A stretch of 64,000 nucleotides of DNA from an uncultured Candidatus Saccharibacteria bacterium (GTDB taxonomy: Bacteria > Patescibacteriota > Minisyncoccia > Phycocordibacterales > Phycocordibacteraceae): the NCBI GenBank assembly GCA_964357395.1, contig CAYHLC010000001.1, forward strand, positions 119,599-183,598, written 5' to 3'. The notes under the pieces are model-generated. The model was not told the origin of the DNA, did no database searches, and worked only from the letters and a program-made list of their open reading frames with translations. Position numbers and translations under genes: made by a program. Shown piece by piece: positions 37,107 through 46,325 of this stretch; the stretch's first letter is position 1; each line of letters opens with the position of its first letter.

Positions 37107-38021
37107 CTAGCTAGTCTTTAGGGCGATATAGATATCCTCGAGCGCCTTGACGGCATCGCCTGCAGCAATGTTGTTTTGGTGATAGAGCGCCGTAGTGCAG
37201 TCGCCTGCGGCCCAGATGCCGCTCGCGGATGTGCGCTGGGTCCACGGGTCGATAACCACGCGGCCCTGCTCGTTTAGGTCGACGACACCCTTCAGATACT
37301 CAGTAGATGGGATAAGGCCGATCTCTACGAAGATGCCACCTGTAGCAAGCTCATGCTCTCCGGATGCGTCCTTGTAGGTAAGTGACTTAACAAACTTCTC
37401 GCCCTTAACCTCTACTATCTCCGTATTAGGAATCGCTGTCATCTTAGGGTCGGCCGTAACCATCTTGACCGTTACAGGGTCCGCGCGGAAGTCGCTACGA
37501 GCAAGCAAGGTTACTGACTTGCAGTAGGCGAGTAGCTGCGCCGCTGTCTCAAAGGCGGCGTTCCCACCACCAATCACTGCTACGTCGGCGCCACTGAATA
37601 GGGGACCATCGCAGGTCGCGCAGTAGGTGAGGCCCTTGTGCTCGTATTGGTCGGCGCCAGGCGCGTCGAGCTTGCGGCGCTGGCCGCCAGTAGTAACAAG
37701 GATCGTGCGGGCCTCAAACGACTTGCCCGTACTAGTTCCGATCAGGAAATGGTCACCCTGCTTCTCCACCTTGGTAACCCGAGTACCAGTGATGATTGTC
37801 ACCACATCGCCCGCATAGGTGCGTACATGTTGCTCTAGGATCTTGGCCAGGTCGGGGCCGGGGATGTGCGGCGTGCCTATCCAGTTCTGTACGTCAGCTG
37901 AGTCGATAGACTGGCCACCAAAGTTTTCAGTAATAAGAACAGTCTTCAGGAGCTTACGAGCTGCATAGACGCCTGCTGCGCATCCTGCTGGGCCGCCTCC
38001 AATTATTGCCAAATCAAACAT
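37107..38021 (-). CDS. trxB: thioredoxin-disulfide reductase
   Basis: GGGPAGCAAGVYAAR FAD site, redox-active CATCDG, GGGNAA NADPH site. Confidence 0.92.
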   Translation of the reverse strand: MFDLAIIGGGPAGCAAGVYAARKLLKTVLITENFGGQSIDSADVQNWIGTPHIPGPDLAKILEQHVRTYAGDVVTIITGTRVTKVEKQGDHFLIGTSTGKSFEARTILVTTGGQRRKLDAPGADQYEHKGLTYCATCDGPLFSGADVAVIGGGNAAFETAAQLLAYCKSVTLLARSDFRADPVTVKMVTADPKMTAIPNTEIVEVKGEKFVKSLTYKDASGEHELATGGIFVEIGLIPSTEYLKGVVDLNEQGRVVIDPWTQRTSASGIWAAGDCTTALYHQNNIAAGDAVKALEDIYIALKTS

Positions 38022-38075
38022 GTCCTTGCAGTGTAGCGCGCGGACATGAAACTAAAAAGTAGGGGATATCCCCGC

Positions 38076-38249
38076 TTAGTGCAGCAGGTCGTTCTTGCCG
38101 GGAGACGTATGATCGTCTCTAAATTCCTCGTGGTCGTCAGCAGGAAGGTGGCTCGCCCAATACCACCCGAGGGCAACAATAAGAGCGCCCATGACAACGC
38201 CTGACCATATTAGGACCTCGCCGAGGTCTGCTGCTTCTGGAGCTGCCAT
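38076..38249 (-). CDS. small membrane protein (57 aa), hypothetical, immediately after ftsZ
   Basis: Own translation: MAAPEAADLGEVLIWSGVVMGALIVALGWYWASHLPADDHEEFRDDHTSPGKNDLLH. Start codon directly abuts the ftsZ stop (TAGATG on minus strand). Different frame from track ORF 38003..38197. Confidence 0.35.
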   Translation of the reverse strand: MAAPEAADLGEVLIWSGVVMGALIVALGWYWASHLPADDHEEFRDDHTSPGKNDLLH

Positions 38250-39425
38250 CTAGCTCTTTTTGTTACGGCGAAGGAATGCTGGGACGCCCCACTCGTCATC
38301 CTCATCGACTGCTTTTGGCGCGGTCTCCTTGGGTGCCGCTATTGGCGGTACTGCCTCCTCATCCTTCGGACTCATAACGGAGTTGTAGAGCTTGCCGACA
38401 GCGCCCTCGTCGTCCTTCTTCTCCTTCTTAACAGGCATCTGGAAGAGTGGCGTGCGGCTCTGTGCGCCTTCCTCTGGGAACCCGGTAGCAATAACCGTGA
38501 CGCGGATCTCGCCCTTCCTCAGGCGCTCGTCCTTGGATGAGCCAAAGATGACCTTGGCGTTCTTGTCGATAGACTCGGTAACGATCTGCGCTGCTGCCTG
38601 GACCTCGAGGAGGCCGAGATCCTCGCCACCTGCGATAGACAAGAGGACGCCCTTCGCGCCATTGATCGAGATGTCGAGGAGGGGAGAGTTGATAGCGAGG
38701 CGTGCAGCTTCCTCGGCGCGCTTGTCGCCGGATGCAACGCCGACACCCATAAGGGCCGAGCCGGCGTCCTCCATAACCGCCTTGATGTCGGCGAAGTCGA
38801 GGTTGATAGAGCCTGGGGTGGTGATTAAATCAGAAACACCCTCGACTGCCTGGCGCAGCACCTCGTCGCACATGGCGAACGCAGAGCGGACCGTGGTCTC
38901 CTTATCAACAACAGCGAGGAGGCGATCGTTCGGAATCACGATGAGCGCGTCCACTTCCTTACGCAGTTCGTCGAGTCCCTGCTCTGCAAGGCGCATGCGC
39001 TGCTGACCCTCGAACGAGAACGGCTTTGTAACAACTGCAACAGTGAGTGCACCGCTTTCCTTGGCGATGCGCGCGATAACAGGGGCCGCACCGGTGCCGG
39101 TACCGCCACCCATACCGCCTGCAATAAAGACCATGTCGGAATTGCGGAGAACGTCCTGGATCTCTGACTGCGTCTCCTCTGCTGCGCGCTTGCCGACTGC
39201 AGGGTTCATACCTGCGCCAAGGCCGCGTGTCAGATTCTTGCCAATGTGGATCTTGGTGCGCGCTGCTGATTGCTGCAAGTCCTGTGCGTCGGTGTTCACC
39301 ACAACAAAGTCCACGCCCTTCACTTTGGACTGAACCATGTGATTAACGGCGTTCTTGCCTGAGCCTCCAATACCTACGACGCGGATGCGTGCGGATGACT
39401 CAAGTTCTTGGTGGATTTGGGGCAT
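38250..39425 (-). CDS. ftsZ: cell division GTPase FtsZ
   Basis: GGGTGTGAAPVIA tubulin signature, NTDAQ, T7 loop. Confidence 0.97.
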   Translation of the reverse strand: MPQIHQELESSARIRVVGIGGSGKNAVNHMVQSKVKGVDFVVVNTDAQDLQQSAARTKIHIGKNLTRGLGAGMNPAVGKRAAEETQSEIQDVLRNSDMVFIAGGMGGGTGTGAAPVIARIAKESGALTVAVVTKPFSFEGQQRMRLAEQGLDELRKEVDALIVIPNDRLLAVVDKETTVRSAFAMCDEVLRQAVEGVSDLITTPGSINLDFADIKAVMEDAGSALMGVGVASGDKRAEEAARLAINSPLLDISINGAKGVLLSIAGGEDLGLLEVQAAAQIVTESIDKNAKVIFGSSKDERLRKGEIRVTVIATGFPEEGAQSRTPLFQMPVKKEKKDDEGAVGKLYNSVMSPKDEEAVPPIAAPKETAPKAVDEDDEWGVPAFLRRNKKS

Positions 39426-39568
39426 AGGTTAGGGATTCAATAAGTCCACTCATCATAGAGTAAAAGGGGGCTGGGCGCCAACCCTTGACTTTCCGGCGTA
39501 ACCGTTATAGGGTTCAGCGGGTATCTATAATACAGATTAACAATTAATCAAGCTTTTAAAGCAAAAAC

Positions 39569-39874
39569 ATGTTTTCAGCACCAGAAGCAGTACAGGAAGC
39601 AGCGCCAGTAGCAGCAGCGCCTGCAGCAACTCCGGTTGCCGAGTCGGGGTTTATTACCCATGATCCAGCAGGCCACCTCGAGCTCAACTTTGGGGTCGTC
39701 GACCTCAACAATTGGACGCTTGGAGAGCTTGGCGTTGCCGCGATACTCTTTGGCATAGTTCTTGGGTTGAACGCAGGTAACTCACATGAGTTGAAAGGCA
39801 CACAAGGAAGTATCGCAGGATTAAGCGGCTTTGTAGGCGTCATGGGAGTACTTGCACACGCAGTCGGAGTATAA
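39569..39874 (+). CDS. hypothetical protein (101 aa) on opposite strand between ftsA and ftsZ
   Basis: Track ORF; Ala/Pro-rich N-terminus, hydrophobic C-terminus; followed by a bidirectional terminator. Confidence 0.35.
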   Translation: MFSAPEAVQEAAPVAAAPAATPVAESGFITHDPAGHLELNFGVVDLNNWTLGELGVAAILFGIVLGLNAGNSHELKGTQGSIAGLSGFVGVMGVLAHAVGV

Positions 39875-39885
39875 AGAATGCCACA

Positions 39886-39917
39886 ACAAAAAATCCCACC
39901 GCGAGGTGGGATTTTTT
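39886..39917. terminator. bidirectional rho-independent terminator (serves ftsA on minus and the 39569 ORF on plus)
   Basis: AAAAAA-ATCCCACC-GCGA-GGTGGGAT-TTTTTT. Confidence 0.8.
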
Positions 39918-39918
39918 G

Positions 39919-41124
39919 TTAGGGGAGGAACTGGCGGAGGAACGAACCAACTGACTTGCCAAAGTGGGCGGCAGCGGCCTTGAAGTGTGGTCCGCCGATG
40001 CCATCGGCACCGGTCAGGCCCCAGATGGTGAGGCCATAGGCAACTGCCCAGGTAGAGTCCTTGATCTTCGCATCAGACGGGATCTGCAGCGATGCGATCT
40101 TGGAGTGGAGCTTCAGCGAGTGCTCGGCGATCTCCTTGATAGGGCCGATACCTGCACCACCTCCGCTCAATATTATTCCAGCAGGGAGGAGCTGGTCCTT
40201 GCCGAGCTTCTTCAAGTGGTTATCAATAAGCTCGAATATGTCGGTGAGCCTCGCAGCGAGGATGTCGTCTAACTTCTTTTTTGGATAGGTAGTGTGGGTG
40301 ATAGCACCGAGCTTCAGCTGCTCAGCTTCCTCGAGGGAGATACGGAGCCCAAGCGCGATATCCTTGGTGATATCCATCGATCCGATGCGGAAGACCTTCA
40401 CTGATACGGGAATGCCGTTATCAAAAATAACTATCGATACTGTTTCGGAGCCGATGTTAGCAAGGACGCACCCTGCCTTCTTCTCTGCGTTTGACAAGGA
40501 GACGATAGAACCTGCAAGCGGGGAGGCCATCACGTCCGAGACGCCAATGTTGGCAGCCTCGACCGCGTCCACCATATCTGCGACGTGCTGCTCTAGGCAG
40601 GTAACGTACAGTGTCTCGACGCCGAGCTTGGTACCCTTCATGCCTTGCGGGCGGCCCATTACCTCCGTGCCATCGACAGTGTAGGCGAGTGGGACGGTGT
40701 GGAGGACGCGGCGATTTTGGAAGCGGACCGTAGCGTGGTCCCTAGCCACATCTATAGCTTTCTCGATATCCAGGTCTGTTACCTCGGCGTCCGCACGTGC
40801 GATGATGGTCTCGCCCTTGCCGCGCACCTCATCGAGTCCGATGCCGCCTATCGAGAGGAACGCGTCGCGGATACGGACCCCGGCGACCTTCTCTGCTTGG
40901 TTTGCGGCGACACGTATCGCCCGAGCCACATCGTCCACATTGACTATGTAGCCATGGCGGAGACCCTTTGATTCCGCGCAGCCGGTACCTATGATGCGGG
41001 GGTAGCCCTTAGTTCCCTCATCTCGCGCGACGACGACGCGCACGCTGTGCGTGCCGACGTCGATTCCCACTGCGATCCGTCCTGCCATTTGTTTTTTCTG
41101 AATCACGCGGATGCACGAGGCCAA
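39919..41124 (-). CDS. ftsA: cell division protein FtsA
   Basis: Actin-fold: IAVGIDVGTHSVRVVV, DIG...; start may be the internal Met at 41088 (MAGRIAVGIDVGT). Confidence 0.9.
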   Translation of the reverse strand: MASCIRVIQKKQMAGRIAVGIDVGTHSVRVVVARDEGTKGYPRIIGTGCAESKGLRHGYIVNVDDVARAIRVAANQAEKVAGVRIRDAFLSIGGIGLDEVRGKGETIIARADAEVTDLDIEKAIDVARDHATVRFQNRRVLHTVPLAYTVDGTEVMGRPQGMKGTKLGVETLYVTCLEQHVADMVDAVEAANIGVSDVMASPLAGSIVSLSNAEKKAGCVLANIGSETVSIVIFDNGIPVSVKVFRIGSMDITKDIALGLRISLEEAEQLKLGAITHTTYPKKKLDDILAARLTDIFELIDNHLKKLGKDQLLPAGIILSGGGAGIGPIKEIAEHSLKLHSKIASLQIPSDAKIKDSTWAVAYGLTIWGLTGADGIGGPHFKAAAAHFGKSVGSFLRQFLP

Positions 41125-41458
41125 AACGGCGACAGTACTTGCGCTCCTCAGATTCCATTATACGCCCGTGATCGAGCCCTCGGAGGTGCAGCATGCCGTG
41201 GATAACAAGAAAGGGGAGATACTGGGCTGCGGCCATGCCCCACTCTTTGGCATGACTTGCAACCTCCGACTTGCACATAATGATCTCGCCCGAATTCTTG
41301 GAAAGTGGGAACGAGAGTATGTCGGTAGCTTTGTTGATCTTCCGGTGCGCGCGGTTTAGCACCTTCATCTTTGCCGGTGTGACGTAAGCGACTGATAGAT
41401 CAAAACGCCGTCCTAGGACGGCGTTTTTGTATTTCGTAATTGTTGCTGCCGAGAGCAC
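41018..41458 (-). CDS. ybeY: rRNA maturation RNase YbeY (unusually long C-terminal tail overlapping ftsA start)
   Basis: TDILSFPL and HGMLHLRGLDHG (H3xH5xH zinc site). In-frame Arg-rich tail continues 70-107 nt into ftsA. Confidence 0.7.
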   Translation of the reverse strand: MLSAATITKYKNAVLGRRFDLSVAYVTPAKMKVLNRAHRKINKATDILSFPLSKNSGEIIMCKSEVASHAKEWGMAAAQYLPFLVIHGMLHLRGLDHGRIMESEERKYCRRFGLVHPRDSEKTNGRTDRSGNRRRHAQRARRRRAR

Positions 41459-41460
41459 GG

Positions 41461-41706
41461 TTAGCGGCGTGGGCCGCGTATTACCTCCTTGATGAGGCCG
41501 AGGCGCTCCTGCTCTGCCTGTGTCTCCTTCTTGGTGATGCGGCGGATAGCGGACTTCTTGCGCTTGGTCTTGGACTTGAGGCGGTCATGGTAGCGAGCGC
41601 CCTTAACCCTACGGATGATACCCGCGCCCTGGACGCGCTTCTGGAATCGGCGGATGAGGGACATCGAGTTCTCTGTCCCACTCTTTACGACCGTAACATT
41701 AATCAT
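41461..41706 (-). CDS. rpsU: 30S ribosomal protein S21
   Basis: Track ORF 41461..41796 trimmed to Met 41706: MINVTVVKSGTENSMSLIRRFQKRVQGAGIIRRVKGARYHDRLKSKTKRKK, the S21 pattern. Stop 2 nt before ybeY start. Confidence 0.65.
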   Translation of the reverse strand: MINVTVVKSGTENSMSLIRRFQKRVQGAGIIRRVKGARYHDRLKSKTKRKKSAIRRITKKETQAEQERLGLIKEVIRGPRR

Positions 41707-41882
41707 GACCTGACTAGTTAACCATAGCCTTAGCCCTTTTGCAATCCAGATACCCCTGTCCCCACCGAGAAAGTCCTTCTTGAAAAACTCATCCAAAAAG
41801 GCTATTATGGGTGGGTCTTTCGGTTTTGGTTAACCGAGAGGGAATCACATCCAAGGGCAACCCTCCGCGAGGAGGGTTGTTT

Positions 41883-42500
41883 CTATTTAGGGCTCTTATC
41901 GTCGCGGTGCCGTAGCTCCCGTCCCCAGATATCCTCCTCCAAATCCAGAACATCGAAATAGCCATCGGCGCCGGTCCGCAGCTCCTGCGAGACATTGTTC
42001 TTAGAGGAGAAAATATACACCTTCTTGCTGTTATTTCTTAGATAAGCTACTAGAGCAAGAAAGTCAGAGTCGCCTGTAAACAGGACAGCAGTTTCATACT
42101 TAGATCTAAAGTGCATCGCGTCGATTGTCATTTCGACATCCATGTTCCCTTTTTCTTCTACTGACTCACCGTGCTCGTTCGTCACTGTAATCCGCTTCAA
42201 CTCCTTCTTCCTGACGGTAAACTTTAACCCCTTTTTGAGGTATGTGTAGAATTTATGCTTCCCTTCAGTACTGTACGATCTGGTGCCCTCGGCCGGATAG
42301 GCAGTATAGTACAGAACGTGCATCTCGGTTCCAGAGAACTTGGCCTTTATGAAAGCGGTGAGTTTTGCATAGTCTAAGAATCTACCTTTTGCCTTCTGTG
42401 CAGCCCAAAGGTTGGAGGCATCTATGAAGACATCAATCCTGTTTGCCACCGACCCACTATACTCCTCAGTAAGATGACTGAACAACTGACCCCCGTTCAA
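41883..42500 (-). CDS. NYN-domain (LabA/PIN-like) putative RNase
   Basis: IDVFIDASNLW..., YYTAY, and D-rich NYN motifs; gene body noticeably AT-richer (~45% GC) than flanks. Confidence 0.75.
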   Translation of the reverse strand: MNGGQLFSHLTEEYSGSVANRIDVFIDASNLWAAQKAKGRFLDYAKLTAFIKAKFSGTEMHVLYYTAYPAEGTRSYSTEGKHKFYTYLKKGLKFTVRKKELKRITVTNEHGESVEEKGNMDVEMTIDAMHFRSKYETAVLFTGDSDFLALVAYLRNNSKKVYIFSSKNNVSQELRTGADGYFDVLDLEEDIWGRELRHRDDKSPK

Positions 42501-42736
42501 TGGGCAGTCCCGTAATGGATGCGATTGTGTCTACTGGCGGTGGCGCATCTATCCAAGTTGGTGAAGATGGATTGGTATCCAGGAGCGCGCCCCCGATGAT
42601 AAATACAATTGATAGTATGCCAAAAAACAAAGGTACCCCCCTAAAGCTTTCTGAGTCAAATTACTAGACCCTCAAGGTCTGATGAATACATGACATTGGA
42701 TGTCGTGTAAGAAAAGCGAAGTGCTAGAGTAAAGCC

Positions 42737-43519
42737 ATGGCGCTACTAAGCTATGACGAGTATGTACAGAGCCATCATCAGTGGCCCTATACCTACATCA
42801 TACGGAAAGGGGACCAGGCACTCTACTACTTTGGCGAGGCGCACTCGTTCGACCCGGCGCACCCTGAGTGGCAGGTGCTAAAAAAGTTTTGGGCCGAGTT
42901 CCTTAAAGAATCTGAAGGCAAGGACAGGATTGTTTGTATCGAGGGCGGCGTGGGACATCGGCAGGGCGCAACAACTGAGCGTGACTCGATACTGCAAGGC
43001 GGAGGGATGGGACTCAGCGAGTTTAATGCAGAGGCTGCAGGTATACCAGTCGTCACTACGGAGCCTCCGGTTACCTACGAACGCGCTGAGCTTGAGAAGT
43101 TGTTTAGTCGCGAGGAGATCCAATATAACTACTTTGTGCGTCAGGCCTATCAGTGGACACAGATGTTAGAGCCGCGAGAGCCGTTTGATGTCTATATGCG
43201 GCGCTTCCTGCATTACGAAGAGGAGCGTAGCGGTTGGGCCGACTTTGACTTCAGTCTTGAAGCGATGCTGAAGTTGCATCGTGAGATGCATGGTAAAGAG
43301 CTTGATCTGACAGACACTGACTTTTTGTACGATCTCAATAACCCTGTAGATCTGAAAACAAAAAATAGTCACGTCTCCCGTGCAGAGAGCATAATCCGCG
43401 ATGAGTATTGCGCCGACGCAATTGCAGGGTACATCAAAAAAGGTACATCGGTCTTCGTGCACTTTGGCGGCACGCACGCGGTGATGCAGGAGCCCCACCT
43501 CCGCGAGCTCCTCGCGTAA
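42737..43519 (+). CDS. TraB/GumN-family-like protein (hypothetical hydrolase)
   Basis: N-terminal LYYFGEAHS and C-terminal SVFVHFGGTHAVMQEPHL resemble the paired G.(A/T)H motifs of TraB/GumN/ChaN-like proteins. ATG 6 nt after TAGAGT. Confidence 0.4.
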   Translation: MALLSYDEYVQSHHQWPYTYIIRKGDQALYYFGEAHSFDPAHPEWQVLKKFWAEFLKESEGKDRIVCIEGGVGHRQGATTERDSILQGGGMGLSEFNAEAAGIPVVTTEPPVTYERAELEKLFSREEIQYNYFVRQAYQWTQMLEPREPFDVYMRRFLHYEEERSGWADFDFSLEAMLKLHREMHGKELDLTDTDFLYDLNNPVDLKTKNSHVSRAESIIRDEYCADAIAGYIKKGTSVFVHFGGTHAVMQEPHLRELLA

Positions 43520-43526
43520 CCCCGAA

Positions 43527-44675
43527 CTATTTGCGGGAGCGGTTGATGGACTGGATCAGCTTATCGACCGTGACTGAGGCCTGCATCTGGGAGGTAGAGG
43601 AGCGGACTATGACGGTGTTATCGAGCGCCTCGCGCTGGCCGATGATAGCGATATACGGAACACCGAGCATCTTGGCCCGCTCCATCTGCTCCCGAAGGGT
43701 CTCAGCGAGGAGTGCCTGCCGTACAGAGACCCGCGCGCGCCAGAGAGCTTCGAGTAGGGTAAAGGCTTTCAGCTTGGCAGCCTCGCCGACATGGACCACG
43801 TAGCATTGCGCTTGCTCGAACTCCTCGTCCAGCTCAACCTCCTGCGGGACAGTGACCGCGATGCCGACTGCGGCGGTGGCGCCGATCTTCTTATTGGCAA
43901 ACTCGTCAAACCGACCGCCCTCTGCAACTACCGAGCGCACACCTTTCTGCATGCCAGTTACAGCGAAGAGGAGTTCCGACTCGATGCCGGGCGCGGAAGG
44001 GAGGTGTGGTGCGAGTGTATACGCGATACCAACTGACTCGAAGAGGGCCAAGGTGTCCATCATGACCTTCCTAGAGTTCTCTGACAGGTAGTCGATGGGG
44101 CGCGGCAACCGCTCCCGCAAACTATCATCACTTGCGAGTAGCGCACGGTACGCTGCGTCTGGATCTTTGGTTGCGCTCTCCTTGGTATCTCCTGATAGAG
44201 CGTCGCTGTTGCGCTTGAAAAAGGACGTGAGCTCGCGCGTGAAGCGTCTGCGCGACTCACCATCGCCAACAGAGGAGACCATCACTTGGCACTCCTCGAA
44301 CCCGGAGAGCTCGGCTATCGAGAGCGCGGTCTTGACCACCAGCGCGTGCGAGAGCGAGTGCCGACCACTCGTTACAGAAAAGGTGAGTGTGGTGCCGCCG
44401 CCTTTCTTCGTGAGTCCCCATGACTGCGCGGGCTTGCCCCGTGAGATAGCCTCTGTCATCTCATGGGGCTTGCCACCTGCCTGCGCAGGCAGGCCTGCAG
44501 GAGTAGCGGAAAGAAGTGCCATCACTGCAGCGGTGTGGTGGTCGACGTCGCCCTGATCCGCGATGGCGCGTCGGCTAAGAGTGATCGCGGGAGAGGTAAA
44601 TCCGTATGCCGAGGCAACCTGCATTACAGCTTTGTCTAAAGACTCACGACGCGTGCCTCGCTCGAGTGATCTCAT
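43527..44675 (-). CDS. class II aminoacyl-tRNA synthetase-like protein (HisS or HisZ-like, divergent)
   Basis: Motif-3-like GGRFDEFANKKIGATAAVGIAV and anticodon-binding-domain pattern GVPYIAIIGQREALDNTVIVRS; N-terminal motifs 1/2 not recognisable by eye. Confidence 0.5.
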   Translation of the reverse strand: MRSLERGTRRESLDKAVMQVASAYGFTSPAITLSRRAIADQGDVDHHTAAVMALLSATPAGLPAQAGGKPHEMTEAISRGKPAQSWGLTKKGGGTTLTFSVTSGRHSLSHALVVKTALSIAELSGFEECQVMVSSVGDGESRRRFTRELTSFFKRNSDALSGDTKESATKDPDAAYRALLASDDSLRERLPRPIDYLSENSRKVMMDTLALFESVGIAYTLAPHLPSAPGIESELLFAVTGMQKGVRSVVAEGGRFDEFANKKIGATAAVGIAVTVPQEVELDEEFEQAQCYVVHVGEAAKLKAFTLLEALWRARVSVRQALLAETLREQMERAKMLGVPYIAIIGQREALDNTVIVRSSTSQMQASVTVDKLIQSINRSRK

Positions 44676-45259
44676 CTGGTTTGTAGTGATCCTGGTAATA
44701 CATCGATCCTGTTCGGTGGAAAGAGGCGGACCAGCGCGCGGCCAACGAGGTCACGCTTTGGCAGCGGGCCCCACACACGCGAGTCAGACGACTCGTCGCG
44801 GTTGTCGCCCATGACGAAGTACTCGTCGCCCTCGAGTGTGTAGGTAGCAAACTCGGGACGCACGTTGCTGATGTCGATGAATGACTGATCCAGCACCTCA
44901 GGCTCACTGCCATCCTTGCTGACACTAATTGTGTTGCCCTGAATATCGACGGTCTCGCCCGGGAGGCCAATGATGCGCTTGATGAAGTAGATAGATTCGT
45001 CCTTGGGGTAGCGGAGTATCACCACGTCGCCACGCTTGGGCTCCTCGAAGCGGTAGGTAAGTTGGTCCACAATCAAATACTCGCCGGTATAGAAGGTCGG
45101 CTCCATCGATGCGCCGCGCACAATGAATGGCTGCGCTACAAACCAACGAATCGGAATGACAATAATGAGAGCAATGAGTGCAAAGGAGAGGATGTCGCTA
45201 CCAATTCCTTTTTCTCCACCAGGCATACGTGCAGTGTAGGCGAGGAGTTGCTTACACAC
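44672..45259 (-). CDS. lepB: signal peptidase I
   Basis: RGASMEPT (Ser nucleophile), Lys box YFIKRIIGLPGE, GDNRDESSDSRVWGPL. Confidence 0.9.
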   Translation of the reverse strand: MCKQLLAYTARMPGGEKGIGSDILSFALIALIIVIPIRWFVAQPFIVRGASMEPTFYTGEYLIVDQLTYRFEEPKRGDVVILRYPKDESIYFIKRIIGLPGETVDIQGNTISVSKDGSEPEVLDQSFIDISNVRPEFATYTLEGDEYFVMGDNRDESSDSRVWGPLPKRDLVGRALVRLFPPNRIDVLPGSLQTR

Positions 45260-45291
45260 AAGCGTTTTTTTGTGTCATGATGTGTGTATCC

Positions 45292-45885
45292 ATGGCAACA
45301 CACATTATTGTCGGATTAGGAAACCCGGGAGCTGAGTATGAGGGCACACGGCACAACACAGGACGCATGTTAGTCGAGAGGTTGCACGCGACACACGACT
45401 TTGGCGAGTGGAAAACGGAAAAGAAGCCCAAAATGCGCTGGGCGAGGGGTAGTATTGCTGGGAAGAAGGCCACACTGGTAGCCCCCGACACCTTTATGAA
45501 CAACTCGGGGCAGGCGGTCGCCCACTTTGTGAAGAATAAATCGGGGGCCGGTAACACTATAGTTGTATACGATGATCTCGACCTACCCTTGGGGACTATC
45601 AAGATCAGCCACGACCGCAGCTCGGGCGGGCACAACGGTGTTCAGTCTGTAATCCGGTCCCTCAAAACACAAGCATTTGTCCGTATCCGTGTCGGCGTCT
45701 CGCCAGCGAGCGCGAAGGGGGTCGCACGGAAGCCAAGTGGGGAGGATAAGGTGCTGAAGTTCCTCCTAGGCAAGTTTACGGGTAGCGAGCTTGCAGAGCT
45801 CAAGAAGACCTTTAAGAAGGCGATAGAGGCAGTGGAGACGATAGTAAGTGAGGGCTACCAGGCGGGCATGACAGCGCACAATTAG
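45292..45885 (+). CDS. pth: peptidyl-tRNA hydrolase
   Basis: Track ORF 45178 trimmed to MATHIIVGLGNPGAEYEGTRHNTG...; catalytic His/Asp pattern of Pth. Confidence 0.9.
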   Translation: MATHIIVGLGNPGAEYEGTRHNTGRMLVERLHATHDFGEWKTEKKPKMRWARGSIAGKKATLVAPDTFMNNSGQAVAHFVKNKSGAGNTIVVYDDLDLPLGTIKISHDRSSGGHNGVQSVIRSLKTQAFVRIRVGVSPASAKGVARKPSGEDKVLKFLLGKFTGSELAELKKTFKKAIEAVETIVSEGYQAGMTAHN

Positions 45886-45903
45886 TGTGGTATAGTCTGG
45901 CCG

Positions 45904-46110
45904 ATGGAAAGGTCAGGAGCATTCCTCTCAAGGTGGAACTACCTACTCGGCGGCGCTATGATCGCCAGCGGGGCTTTGTGGGGTGTTATTGAGCAGGATA
46001 TCAACATCTTCTACTGCGCACTCGGTGCTGGCGCAGTGTGGGTACTCTTTACCGCGATGTCCCAAGCGGCAACAGAACCAGGCTTAACGAGGATGGGCCC
46101 ACGCGGCTAG
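45904..46110 (+). CDS. small membrane protein (68 aa), hypothetical
   Basis: Track ORF; ATG 7 nt after TGGTATAGT extended -10; two TM. Confidence 0.4.
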   Translation: MERSGAFLSRWNYLLGGAMIASGALWGVIEQDINIFYCALGAGAVWVLFTAMSQAATEPGLTRMGPRG

Positions 46111-46325
46111 TATGCAGACTGATCCACTACCAAAGTTAACTGCGGACTACAATGCGGTAGTAGTGCTTGAAAGTGTTGCTACCAGGCCAGAGGACAAAGC
46201 ATCTTTCTCTTGGCTGCGGTTTATATACTATTGCGCGATCGCTACGGCTATTGGCGCTGGTGTCACCTACCACTAACAGAATTGAGCGTTTGACAGCGCT
46301 AAGCAGCTCGGGTACTCTCCTCTGG

